43,862 nucleotides of DNA from a virus, in the IMG/VR virus record IMGVR_UViG_3300045988_028422. One strand, given 5' to 3'. The translations under genes were made by a program, and so were the position numbers. Positions 8,055 to 15,978 of the stretch are shown piece after piece. The notes beneath the pieces were generated by a model that saw only the letters and a list, made by a program, of their open reading frames with translations, searched no databases and was not told the origin of the DNA. Position 1 is the stretch's first letter. Every line of letters begins with the position of its first letter.

Positions 8055-8770
8055 AAACAACATTGCCGAAATAAAACCCATTAAATTCGGTGAAACTCCC
8101 TATGGGACGATACCGAGCCAAGCCTAGAAATAGGAAGGTGTAGAGACTAATTGTAAGATCAAGTGATCTGAAAAAGTGGGGACAATAGCTATAGTAACAA
8201 TAAGATGCACGAATACAAGTATCACATAATATACAAGACAACAAACCTAATAAACGGTAAGATTTACGTAGGGATGCACTCTACGGATAATCTTAATGAT
8301 GGATACTTAGGTAGTGGTTGGATACTAAAGCAAGCCATTAAGAAGTACGGTAAAGAGAACTTTAAAAGAGAAGTTCTATTAGTTCTGTCGAACAGAAAAG
8401 AAGCTAGAGAAGTAGAGGCTTTACTGGTAGATACAGAGTTTATTGCTAGACCTAATACTTATAACCTTCAAGAAGGAGGTATGGGTGTAGAGAACCAGTG
8501 TGGTGAGAATAATCCAGCTTATGGTAAAGTTGCCAATAATGCTAAAGGTGTACTAGCAGAGCACCTTGATGGTAGACAACTTAAGTTTAATTCGATACAA
8601 GAATGTGCAGATACTCTAGGATTTGCTAGAGGTAATATAAGAAACCTCCTCTATAAGGGTATTCGTGGTAGAAGAGGTTGGAAGATTAGCTATTGTTAAG
8701 ATATAGTCCGATCTATACAGCAATGTATAGCCCCAAGGCATAAGCGTAACGAACTTATGTAAACATAATG
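8055..8770 (+). mobile_element. Group I intron in terL (716 nt) carrying a GIY-YIG homing endonuclease
   Basis: P1: ttcggt (8049-8054) pairs with gccgaa (8065-8070), with U8054.G8065 wobble and a 10-nt loop. R-like gtgtagagactaa at 8138-8150. Exact S-like aagatatagtcc at 8698-8709. Hairpins at 8713-8730 and 8739-8759. Terminal G at 8770. Splicing restores EGNFG|DGMY. Confidence 0.85.
8205..8699 (+). CDS. Intron-encoded GIY-YIG homing endonuclease (I-TevI-like architecture)
   Basis: YHIIYKTTNLINGKIYVGMH, KREVLLVLSNRKEAREVEALLV, NUMOD3-like ENNPAYGK, and C-terminal HTH FNSIQECADTLGFARGNIRNLL. Confidence 0.85.
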   Translation: MHEYKYHIIYKTTNLINGKIYVGMHSTDNLNDGYLGSGWILKQAIKKYGKENFKREVLLVLSNRKEAREVEALLVDTEFIARPNTYNLQEGGMGVENQCGENNPAYGKVANNAKGVLAEHLDGRQLKFNSIQECADTLGFARGNIRNLLYKGIRGRRGWKISYC

Positions 8771-9271
8771 GATGGCATGTACCTCAAGCTCTTTGAGCCT
8801 GTCCTTAGGAAGGTCTATAAGGAATGTGGTACTAAAGAAGTTAAGTCAACAGGACAGAAAGAAGTACGTATCATAGACACCCTAGAGCCTGTCCTAGGTA
8901 ACCATAAGATGATAGTTACCCCTGAGTGCATCAATAGGGATATCGATAGTGTCCCTGAAGGTGACTACAAGTATGCACTGTTCTATCAGATGACTAGGAT
9001 TACCTCAGACAGAGGAGCACTAGTTCACGATGATAGATTGGATGCCTTAGCAATAGGTGTCAAGTATTTAGTAGATTTCATGGGAATTGATGCTGATGAA
9101 GGAATAAATGAAGTAACTTCAGAATGGCTAGAGGAATCTTTGGAAGCCTTTCATGGATTTATTACAAGAAAAATAGGAATAAATACAATTACAGAAAATG
9201 TAAGAGAATCAGGTACTTCCAAGGGGTTCAATAAATACAAATATTCAGAGGGATACAAGTTTACAAGATAA
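8771..9271 (+). CDS. Terminase large subunit, exon 2
   Basis: DGMYLKLFEPVL..STGQKEVRIIDTLEPVLGNHKMIV..HDDRLDALAIGVKYL parallels the T7 gp19 C-terminal nuclease region. The spliced product is 589 aa; I recall T7 gp19 as 586 aa. Confidence 0.9.
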   Translation, partial: DGMYLKLFEPVLRKVYKECGTKEVKSTGQKEVRIIDTLEPVLGNHKMIVTPECINRDIDSVPEGDYKYALFYQMTRITSDRGALVHDDRLDALAIGVKYLVDFMGIDADEGINEVTSEWLEESLEAFHGFITRKIGINTITENVRESGTSKGFNKYKYSEGYKFTR

Positions 9272-9304
9272 AATCATCCCTATAAGGGTGAAGTGACTAC
9301 TCCG

Positions 9305-9330
9305 AATAAAATCTCCACTCCCAGAAGGGG
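9305..9330 (+). promoter_or_regulatory. Phage-RNAP promoter candidate (phiOR-like position after terL)
   Basis: aataaaatctccactcccagaagggg shares AAAATCTCCACT with the 18202 and 15951 copies. The initiation region diverges. Confidence 0.5.
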
Positions 9331-9399
9331 CCAGAAAAAGGTATATATAAGATATCTACCTAGCTCCTTCTGATAAAAATAATAAAAAAAAAATAAATA

Positions 9400-10130
9400 G
9401 GGTTACCTATAGACCCTTTGAGATATTCTAAAGGGGCTCATAAAGACTGACTTTAGATTTTTCTTTATGTTTCCTTTTAGTTAACTCAAAGTATCCATAT
9501 GAGACCATTGAATCATAAACTAGTAGTAGCTATCAAGATCATCATTATTATTGTCCTTTTAGTGGTTTCCTTATTGAATGGTGATGTAGGGACAGTTGAT
9601 GCACTACTTAGAGCTGCTGTAGGTGGATTACTATAGCCCCTTTAAGGGGTGCCTATAGTTAGCCTATAGACCATTTAAGGTGTACCTTAAGTTAACCCTT
9701 AGGGTACGCCTCCTTATATTAGCTTGACGATAACTTGTGGTTGACTTTAGGGTAACAACAGATACCTTTAGGTAAACTAAGGGTCACCTTGATTAGAATT
9801 TTATAATAAATTTGTAAGGTGGCACCTTAAGACAGACACGGGCGCGTGTCCCCCGTAGGGTGCCTTGAGATTCCTCATTGCTGCTCGTATACACCTGCTG
9901 CCTAATTTACGTATATATGCGTAGGCGTGCGTAAGGGCGCCCCAGGGGTAGCTTAGGGTAGCTTTAGGGTAACCTCGGGGGCTATTGTTTACATTTGGTT
10001 CATCTATGGTTTTTCGGGGTAACATAGGTATTTCTACTTATATCATATCTGTTGCTCCCTGTTGGCAACCTTAAGACAACCCGAAGGCCTACCCGATGAC
10101 TATTATTAACATAGCGTTGGGGCACCGAGG
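9400..10130. repeat. Non-coding region rich in short CCTTAAG / CTTTAGGG / CCTATAGACC repeats and mini-palindromes; probable concatemer junction / terminal-repeat region
   Basis: cctatagacc appears twice (9406, 9663). Palindromes include cccctttaagggg, acccttagggt and aaggtggcacctt. tagcttagggtagctttagggtaacc is also present. There is no credible ORF. Confidence 0.5.
9499..9636 (+). CDS. Small hydrophobic ORF (45 aa), positional analogue of T7 gene 19.5
   Basis: MRPLNHKLVVAIKIIIIIVLLVVSLLNGDVGTVDALLRAAVGGLL. No clear SD. It lies between the phiOR-like promoter and the repeat-rich region. Confidence 0.3.
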   Translation: MRPLNHKLVVAIKIIIIIVLLVVSLLNGDVGTVDALLRAAVGGLL

Positions 10131-10160
10131 GTATCCCATGAACAGGGGATAGGGGAGGGC

Positions 10161-10189
10161 TTGACATGGGGCTTGTGGTCTGTTAAAGT
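10161..10189 (+). promoter_or_regulatory. Sigma70-type early promoter 1
   Basis: TTGACA (10161-10166), 17-nt spacer, TAAAGT (10184-10189). Confidence 0.6.
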
Positions 10190-10233
10190 GTGCTCATCGG
10201 TTGAAACAAACAGTCCCTTAGGAGGATCTAAAG

Positions 10234-10515
10234 ATGCTACAGTTCAGAGTAAAGATTGCAAAGATCATGAGTAATGCAGAGACACGCACTATTACATTGG
10301 TGTTCTCTGATGACACTCAGTATGTGATCCGTGTGACGACTGATGTTGACCACTATCATAACATTGAAGCTAGTCTGCTATGGAATGCAATGAACTATAC
10401 AGACTTCAGAGATGTCGAAAGAGAAAACTTGCTCATTAGAGAAGCTGAGCAGGCTCTGATGATGGAAGGTGTTGAGACCTTCGAGGGGAAGTGGGTGCAA
10501 TCGGCTGCCAAGTAG
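10234..10515 (+). CDS. Early hypothetical protein (93 aa)
   Basis: Strong SD taggagg 7 nt upstream. First ORF after early promoter 1. Confidence 0.7.
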   Translation: MLQFRVKIAKIMSNAETRTITLVFSDDTQYVIRVTTDVDHYHNIEASLLWNAMNYTDFRDVERENLLIREAEQALMMEGVETFEGKWVQSAAK

Positions 10516-10549
10516 TTAATCCTTACATAGCACATTCTTGGGATAGCCC

Positions 10550-10578
10550 TTGACAAGCTCTAAAGAGTGTGCTAAAGT
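10550..10578 (+). promoter_or_regulatory. Sigma70-type early promoter 2
   Basis: TTGACA (10550-10555), 17-nt spacer ending gtgtgc (TGn extended -10), TAAAGT (10573-10578). Confidence 0.65.
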
Positions 10579-10629
10579 AAGTATTAATCACAAACCAAGA
10601 GCTACACAAGCTAGCAAAGGAGAACCATC

Positions 10630-11028
10630 ATGACAAACTCTAAGACAAACATCAAGTTCAATCCTCTCCCCGGCAAACTTCAGTTGGTCATTGACGAGGA
10701 ACTGTACACATCCGAAGTTATCAACATTTGGAATGATTACGTTGACGAACAAGGCAGAGAAGATGAATACATCTGGCTATTCTGTGAGGATAACCTTGAT
10801 GAGCTCCTAAAGGACTGGCCACCATCTGATATCGTCTTCTCACTTCAGCGTTCTGATGAGCGAGACAACTGGTTCATTATCAATCATAGCTCTTCAGAGA
10901 TCATCAGTTTCCCTGAGTGGGAAGTTGAGAACCACGTTAACATGCCTGAGCTGATTGACTGGCTCGTGAAGGATGACAAGTGGCAAGAGTACCCTGAGCT
11001 TGCTTCGGCTGCCGATATTGAACTTTGA
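10630..11028 (+). CDS. Highly acidic early protein (132 aa); DNA-mimic/anti-restriction candidate
   Basis: aaggag SD. The sequence is very rich in D/E and aromatic residues (DEELYTSEVINIWNDYVDEQGREDEYIWLFCEDNLDELL...). Confidence 0.7.
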   Translation: MTNSKTNIKFNPLPGKLQLVIDEELYTSEVINIWNDYVDEQGREDEYIWLFCEDNLDELLKDWPPSDIVFSLQRSDERDNWFIINHSSSEIISFPEWEVENHVNMPELIDWLVKDDKWQEYPELASAADIEL

Positions 11029-11050
11029 TTAATTCTTACACTTAGCACAC

Positions 11051-11079
11051 TTGACAAGTCACCTAGAGTGTGCTAAAGT
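11051..11079 (+). promoter_or_regulatory. Sigma70-type early promoter 3
   Basis: TTGACA (11051-11056), 17-nt spacer ending agtgtgc, TAAAGT (11074-11079). Near-identical -10 context to promoter 2. Confidence 0.65.
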
Positions 11080-11121
11080 AAGAACTAACCTAAATAGCAA
11101 GTCACCTAAGAGGTAACCCAA

Positions 11122-11394
11122 ATGACAAAGCTAACAAAGCAGACAAAGTTTACTAATCAGCTCACATCCAAGCTAAGCAAGGTCATAGCTGAGCACAATC
11201 CTGAAGTGGCCATTTATCATCTTCTGTTTAGTGATGGTGTATTCTCTAGAATGTGGTTAATGGATGTATGTGGTATGCTCTATCTTAGTGGCTACTCTAT
11301 AGACGAACTCAGCATCATCATCAGTCCCGAAGGAAATGAAGTGTGGATTATGAATGATGATGACAAGGCGGTATTCTGGGCTGCCCTCAAGTAA
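11122..11394 (+). CDS. Early hypothetical protein (90 aa)
   Basis: aagagg SD. ORF directly downstream of promoter 3. Confidence 0.65.
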   Translation: MTKLTKQTKFTNQLTSKLSKVIAEHNPEVAIYHLLFSDGVFSRMWLMDVCGMLYLSGYSIDELSIIISPEGNEVWIMNDDDKAVFWAALK

Positions 11395-11410
11395 CCTCAT
11401 AGTAGCTTTA

Positions 11411-11444
11411 TATAGAACCTTTAGGACAACCCAAGGGTTCTATA
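11411..11444 (+). promoter_or_regulatory. Intergenic stem-loop (RNase III-type processing site candidate)
   Basis: tatagaacc (11411-11419) pairs with ggttctata (11436-11444). No U-run follows. Confidence 0.35.
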
Positions 11445-11486
11445 GCAAACCTACTATCAACCCCCCAAATATAGGAAACCATCATC

Positions 11487-11885
11487 ATGACAACACGTTA
11501 CGCATACAACCTCAAGCCCTTTGGTCGCCAGAAATCATTCTATGGCAAGGCTATCGTAGTCGTCACTCAAGACAAGTATGAGAACACTATGCGCCTGCGC
11601 TCATACGATACTCAAGTGGCGGCATATGACGTATCAACTCAGACCTTCAAAATCTATGGTTGGTACTCAGTCACAACCGATAAGCACGTCAAGAGTTTCC
11701 TGATGGAAGTCTTGGAAGCTTATAGTCCTTCCGTTTGGGAAGCTATCGCCAAGGCTCAAAAGGAATGGCATATCAAGTCCTTTAAGGCATTCTGCTATGA
11801 TGAGCCCAATATCAAGATCCTAGACAACCATTATGTCATCATCAAGGCCATTGGCAGACCCGCAGTGAGCCATGAGATTAACTGA
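11487..11885 (+). CDS. Early hypothetical protein (132 aa)
   Basis: aggaa SD. Motifs KSFYGKA, LRSYDTQVAAYD and WYSVTTDKHVKSF look like a conserved phage family that I cannot name. Confidence 0.65.
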   Translation: MTTRYAYNLKPFGRQKSFYGKAIVVVTQDKYENTMRLRSYDTQVAAYDVSTQTFKIYGWYSVTTDKHVKSFLMEVLEAYSPSVWEAIAKAQKEWHIKSFKAFCYDEPNIKILDNHYVIIKAIGRPAVSHEIN

Positions 11886-11899
11886 GGAGACACAACACC

Positions 11900-12100
11900 A
11901 TGTATGCTTTCTTTATCAAGCGTTACAATGGCAAGCGCTATCGTATGTACAATGGAACCTTTGATCAGCTAAAGTGTGCAGGACTGTTCTATGAGCTACT
12001 GAAGAAGGCAGGGCTGCCTAAAGGGACTCAAGTCCAACTCCGTATCTATGATGTTAACTCTCAGAAATGGAAGTGGCTGGGTGATTGGCTAGACCTCTAG
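11900..12100 (+). CDS. Early hypothetical protein (66 aa)
   Basis: gaggag SD 8 nt upstream. Confidence 0.6.
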   Translation: MYAFFIKRYNGKRYRMYNGTFDQLKCAGLFYELLKKAGLPKGTQVQLRIYDVNSQKWKWLGDWLDL

Positions 12101-12127
12101 GAACCCATCAGAATTCACTCAGGAACG

Positions 12128-12175
12128 ACGATAGGAGCCTTGGTGATACCAACACACTACCAAGTGCCCTATCGT
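12128..12175 (+). promoter_or_regulatory. Intergenic interrupted stem-loop (RNase III-type site candidate)
   Basis: acgatagg/cctatcgt (8 bp) plus cttggt/accaag (6 bp), separated by a 3x3 internal loop. Confidence 0.35.
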
Positions 12176-12204
12176 TTAACCTGATGCAAATCTGAGGGCA
12201 TTCT

Positions 12205-12507
12205 ATGAATCAACTAAAGGAACACCAAATGTATATTGTCATTCACGAATTCAAGACACGCTCAGGGAAGATGCGGTTGCTTAGCTGCAATCTCTGCAAA
12301 GAGATACCTGTTGCTACCTTTGATGAGCATACAATCAACGCTGTAATCTTTACCCAAGTGCAGCCTGCAGTAGACTACATTGATAGTCTCTATGAAAACT
12401 CTAAGGTTACCCAAATGCAACGTGAGAGCATGATCAGCAACCTCTATGAACAACTGGGCAACTATATGGTTGGTCGTCCCTATAAAATCTGGGTCATTGA
12501 AAAATGA
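12205..12507 (+). CDS. Early hypothetical protein (100 aa)
   Basis: gaggg SD. ORF in the early series. Confidence 0.6.
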   Translation: MNQLKEHQMYIVIHEFKTRSGKMRLLSCNLCKEIPVATFDEHTINAVIFTQVQPAVDYIDSLYENSKVTQMQRESMISNLYEQLGNYMVGRPYKIWVIEK

Positions 12508-12620
12508 ATAACATCCTATACCTAATTCACAAAGAAACCTCTATAGTTTACTCAAGGGAATACTATGAGGAACATAAAGCCCATATTGATTTGACTGAAT
12601 TCTATGTCATATTACAATAA
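12504..12620 (+). CDS. Very small ORF (38 aa)
   Basis: ATGA overlap with the previous stop. Translation: MNNILYLIHKETSIVYSREYYEEHKAHIDLTEFYVILQ. Not in the ORF track. Confidence 0.3.
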   Translation: MNNILYLIHKETSIVYSREYYEEHKAHIDLTEFYVILQ

Positions 12621-12629
12621 TGATCCTTT

Positions 12630-12980
12630 ATGGGAAGCTATAGTAAACCGAATGACAAACAAAAGGACAACAAAAAGAAAACTAAAATGAACGAATACGA
12701 TAACGAATGGATTAATAAAGACAGTGGAAAGCCAGAGGATCAAAAGCATTATCAAGGTCTTATTCAGCCCATTGAATTAATGCAAGAGCTACTTTCTCAT
12801 AAGGAATTCGTAGGCTTCATTAAAGGCAATATGATCAAATATGCCTTTAGGGCAGGCCATAAAAATGGGGAATCAGGTAAGAAAGACAAAGAGAAATACG
12901 AAGCTTATAAAGAGTTTCTCACTAGGTATCTTATTGGCAGACCATTGATTGACCGAGACGATGAGGAAGAAGACAACTGA
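12630..12980 (+). CDS. DUF3310/SaV-like early protein (putative)
   Basis: HYQGLIQPIELMQE..GNMIKYAFRAGHK..KDKEKYEAYKEFL fits my recollection of the DUF3310 pattern. No clear SD; an alternative start lies at codon 20. Confidence 0.55.
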   Translation: MGSYSKPNDKQKDNKKKTKMNEYDNEWINKDSGKPEDQKHYQGLIQPIELMQELLSHKEFVGFIKGNMIKYAFRAGHKNGESGKKDKEKYEAYKEFLTRYLIGRPLIDRDDEEEDN

Positions 12981-13036
12981 TCTCTAAGGTTCTCTAATAG
13001 GGCAGATTATATTAATATTGATCCAAGTCAAGAAAA

Positions 13037-13064
13037 AAAATATAATCTCCCCTCCTAGAGAGAG
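13037..13064 (+). promoter_or_regulatory. Phage-RNAP promoter candidate upstream of the RNAP gene
   Basis: aaaatataatctcccctcctagagagagg shares ATAATCTCC and CTAGAGAGA with the 15951 and 18202 copies. Confidence 0.55.
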
Positions 13065-13117
13065 GCAGAGTAAGACATTGACATAGATCAAACCAAAGGA
13101 CACAAGGGACTATAGGT

Positions 13118-13297
13118 AACCTTAAGATAACTTAAAGATAAACTAAAGAGAACTAAAGATAAACTAAAGATATAACTATAATGATTATACCTATAATAAT
13201 AATAACTTATAAGATATAATAATATAATAACTAAGTAGGTTATTACTATAGATACTAATCTAAAGTTAAACACTAAGATAACTTAAAGTTAACTAAA
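13118..13297. repeat. Iteron-like 10-11-bp tandem repeats (AAACTAAAGAT) flanking an AT-rich core; origin-like region
   Basis: aaccttaagat aacttaaagat aaactaaagag aactaaagat aaactaaagat (13118-13171). AT-rich core with the aataac..gttatt inverted repeat. Related repeats at 13255-13297. Confidence 0.6.
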
Positions 13298-13306
13298 GGA
13301 AACCAA

Positions 13307-15949
13307 ATGGACACTAAAGCAGCTATTGATTCAATTCGGATTAATGAATGTGGTTATGATGAATTGTGTCTCAAATATGGAAAGCATTTAGTCGATAAAG
13401 AAATAGAATTAGAGTTAGAGAGTAAGGATCTTGCTTATCAAGCTTTTATGTCTAAAATTAATAAGGCCAGAGAGAATAAAACTTTAGCAGACACAGGGAC
13501 AACCAAAATGCTGCTTAAAGAAGCCCTTCCGGCCTTTTGTAAGGGACTAAAAGATTTCTACACTAAAGCTGATTCAGGTAAACCGGGGAAACGCCATATT
13601 TGTGCAGTTGTCTTAAAGCAGCTAGAGATTGAGCATGTAGCTTTCTTGTCTCTTAGAACTATTCTTTCTAATGCTATCCCTCAGGTAAACCTTACGTCCC
13701 TTGCGAAAGAACTAGGTACTGAGTTGGAATTAGAGATGAAGTTTCAAGATGTATTGTCTACTTTGTCTGATAAGGAACGTTCCTACTTTCAGGTCAACCT
13801 AAACAAGCGTATTGGTATGTCTTTTAAGCAGGCTTTTGTTAACGCTAAAGATAAATGGTTAGCTGATGAGAATCGTAAGGAACGCTGGGAGAAATGGACT
13901 GATAGTGTTCGCTGTAACCTAGGTATGAAGCTGATCGATATTTTTATTGTCTCTACTGGACTGGGGAAGATCTCTAAGTACTCCAAGGGTGGCAGCTTTA
14001 ACATTACCTATCGATTTGAGATTGCTCCTGAGATTGTCCAATACATTGCCCATAACGATAGGGAGATGGCTGATCTTCTCTTTAAGAATCGTCCTATGGT
14101 CATCCCTCCTAAGCCTTGGAGTAATCCTATCAACGGTGGCTACTATATCAATCTCAAGCGCCCCATTCCTTTAGTTCGTCTTAATGAAAAGACTGTTATG
14201 GATCTCTATGGAGATCTCGATATGCCTGACGTCTACAAGGCTGTTAACGCTATCCAAGAGACCCCTTGGAGAATCAACAAAAGGGTACTTAAGGTAGCTC
14301 AGGAGATCTCTAAGTGGAAGCATATCCCTGAGGGCCTTGAGATGCCTTTAGCGGAACCTGAGGAACCTCCAGTGCGCCCAGAGGCAGCAGATAAGGATCC
14401 TAACGTTCAGAAGGAATGGCGTAAGTCTATGGTTATCTACTTTCAGCGTGACAATAAGCGTAAGTCTAAGCGTTATGCAGTGAATGCTCAGCTTGCTCTT
14501 GCTGATATCTACAAAGACTATGAACGTATCTACTTTCCTCATAACCTTGATTTCCGTGGTCGTGTCTATCCATTACCCTTGCTGAATCCTCAGGGCACTG
14601 ATTTCTGCAAGAGCTTGCTAGAGTTCGCTGATGGTGCTCCTTTAGGAGATTCGGGGGTAGCTTGGTTAGCTATCCAAGGTGCTAACTGCTATGGGCTTGA
14701 TAAGAAACCCTTAGAGGAACGCATTGCGTGGGTCTATGAGAACACTGAGTTGATTCTTAGGACAGCTAAAGATCCTCTTACAGACCTCGAATGGACTGAA
14801 ACAGATAGCCCTTGGGAGTTCCTAGCATTCTGCTTTGAATGGGCTGATTTCATGGAACAAGGCACAGATTATGTGTCTCATATTCCAGTAGCATTCGATG
14901 GCAGCTGCAGTGGTATCCAACACTTCTCAGCTATGCTAAAGGATGAGATTGGGGGTACTGCAGTTAACCTCGTGCCTGATGACAAAGTTCACGATATTTA
15001 CGGTATTGTCGCTGAGCATGTGAAACAAGCTGTGATGAAGGATGCTGCTGAGGGTACTGAAGATGAACTAAAGACTGCTGAAGATGGCACTGAGTATGTC
15101 TCTAAGGGTACTAAGGCACTTGCTAATGAGTGGCTGGCCTATGGGATTACCCGTAAGGTAACCAAGAGACCGACTATGACACTTTCATACGGAGCGAAGA
15201 AGTTTGGCTTTACTGAACAGCTCCTTGAAGATACTATCTACCCTCATTTAGAACATCATCCTTTAGCATTCTCTAAGCCTCGACAAGCTGCAACCTATAT
15301 GGCTGACAAGATTTGGAATTCATTAGGTGAAGTTGTTGTCAAAGCTAGAGAAGCTATGGATTGGCTTCAGACTGCCTCAGGACTACTCGCTACGGACAAG
15401 AATATCAACGGAGAGAACCTGCCTACTCAGTGGGTAACTCCTAGTGGTTTCTTGGTTCGCCAAAGGTATCCTAAGGTTCGCCTGAAGAAACTTAAGACCT
15501 TCTGCAGCGGAACTATCCATGTTACTGATGAATCTGGTGCTCCTGATGAAGCTAAGACTGAAGGTGAGACCTTTCAAATTAGTGTCTCTGAGGACTTGGG
15601 GGAAATCGATTCACGTAAGCAGAAGCAAGGTATCGCTCCTAACTATGTGCACTCTATGGACGCTAGTCACCTTATGTTGACTGTAGACGCTTGCGTTGAT
15701 GCGGGTATCCATCAGTTTGCTATGATTCATGATTCTTATGGCTGCCCTGCAGGACAAGGGGATCTTATGTTCTCTCTGGTTCGTGAGGTCTTTGCTGAAA
15801 CCTATAAACAGAATGATGTCTTACAGGATCTTCATGATCAGGTTGAGAACATGTTGTCTCCTAAGAAAGCTAAGGAGTTGCCTCCGATTCCTAAGCACGG
15901 TACATTAGATCTTGATGTAGTCAAACAGTCTATGTATGCTTTCTGTTAA
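13307..15949 (+). CDS. Single-subunit DNA-directed RNA polymerase (T7 gp1-like)
   Basis: 880 aa. Motifs IPVAFDGSCSGIQHFSAML, TLSYGAKKFGF and HSMDASHLM..FAMIHDSYG. C-terminal ..MYAFC resembles the T7 RNAP foot (..FAFA). Confidence 0.95.
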   Translation: MDTKAAIDSIRINECGYDELCLKYGKHLVDKEIELELESKDLAYQAFMSKINKARENKTLADTGTTKMLLKEALPAFCKGLKDFYTKADSGKPGKRHICAVVLKQLEIEHVAFLSLRTILSNAIPQVNLTSLAKELGTELELEMKFQDVLSTLSDKERSYFQVNLNKRIGMSFKQAFVNAKDKWLADENRKERWEKWTDSVRCNLGMKLIDIFIVSTGLGKISKYSKGGSFNITYRFEIAPEIVQYIAHNDREMADLLFKNRPMVIPPKPWSNPINGGYYINLKRPIPLVRLNEKTVMDLYGDLDMPDVYKAVNAIQETPWRINKRVLKVAQEISKWKHIPEGLEMPLAEPEEPPVRPEAADKDPNVQKEWRKSMVIYFQRDNKRKSKRYAVNAQLALADIYKDYERIYFPHNLDFRGRVYPLPLLNPQGTDFCKSLLEFADGAPLGDSGVAWLAIQGANCYGLDKKPLEERIAWVYENTELILRTAKDPLTDLEWTETDSPWEFLAFCFEWADFMEQGTDYVSHIPVAFDGSCSGIQHFSAMLKDEIGGTAVNLVPDDKVHDIYGIVAEHVKQAVMKDAAEGTEDELKTAEDGTEYVSKGTKALANEWLAYGITRKVTKRPTMTLSYGAKKFGFTEQLLEDTIYPHLEHHPLAFSKPRQAATYMADKIWNSLGEVVVKAREAMDWLQTASGLLATDKNINGENLPTQWVTPSGFLVRQRYPKVRLKKLKTFCSGTIHVTDESGAPDEAKTEGETFQISVSEDLGEIDSRKQKQGIAPNYVHSMDASHLMLTVDACVDAGIHQFAMIHDSYGCPAGQGDLMFSLVREVFAETYKQNDVLQDLHDQVENMLSPKKAKELPPIPKHGTLDLDVVKQSMYAFC

Positions 15950-15950
15950 C

Positions 15951-15978
15951 AATAATATAATCTCCATTACTAGAGAGA
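15951..15978 (+). promoter_or_regulatory. Phage-RNAP promoter candidate (first after gene 1)
   Basis: aataatataatctccattactagagagaac. Predicted +1 near G15973, by analogy with T7 ..CACTATA|GGGAGA. Confidence 0.6.

Noticed and set aside
9801-10025. 74-aa minus-strand ORF in the non-coding junction region
   Set aside because: It lies on the wrong strand for this genome architecture, within a GC-rich palindromic and repeat region, with no RBS.
11354-11581. 75-aa + strand ORF bridging the 11122 and 11487 genes
   Set aside because: It overlaps both better-supported neighbours, spans the intergenic hairpin and has no SD.
13088-13273. 61-aa minus-strand ORF (Tyr/Leu/Ile-rich) upstream of the RNAP gene
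   Set aside because: It is a translation of the AT-rich iteron/origin-like region and is low complexity.
13118-13297. Possible CRISPR-like array from the short tandem repeats
   Set aside because: The repeat unit is only 10-11 bp, contiguous and without spacers, so it is not CRISPR architecture.
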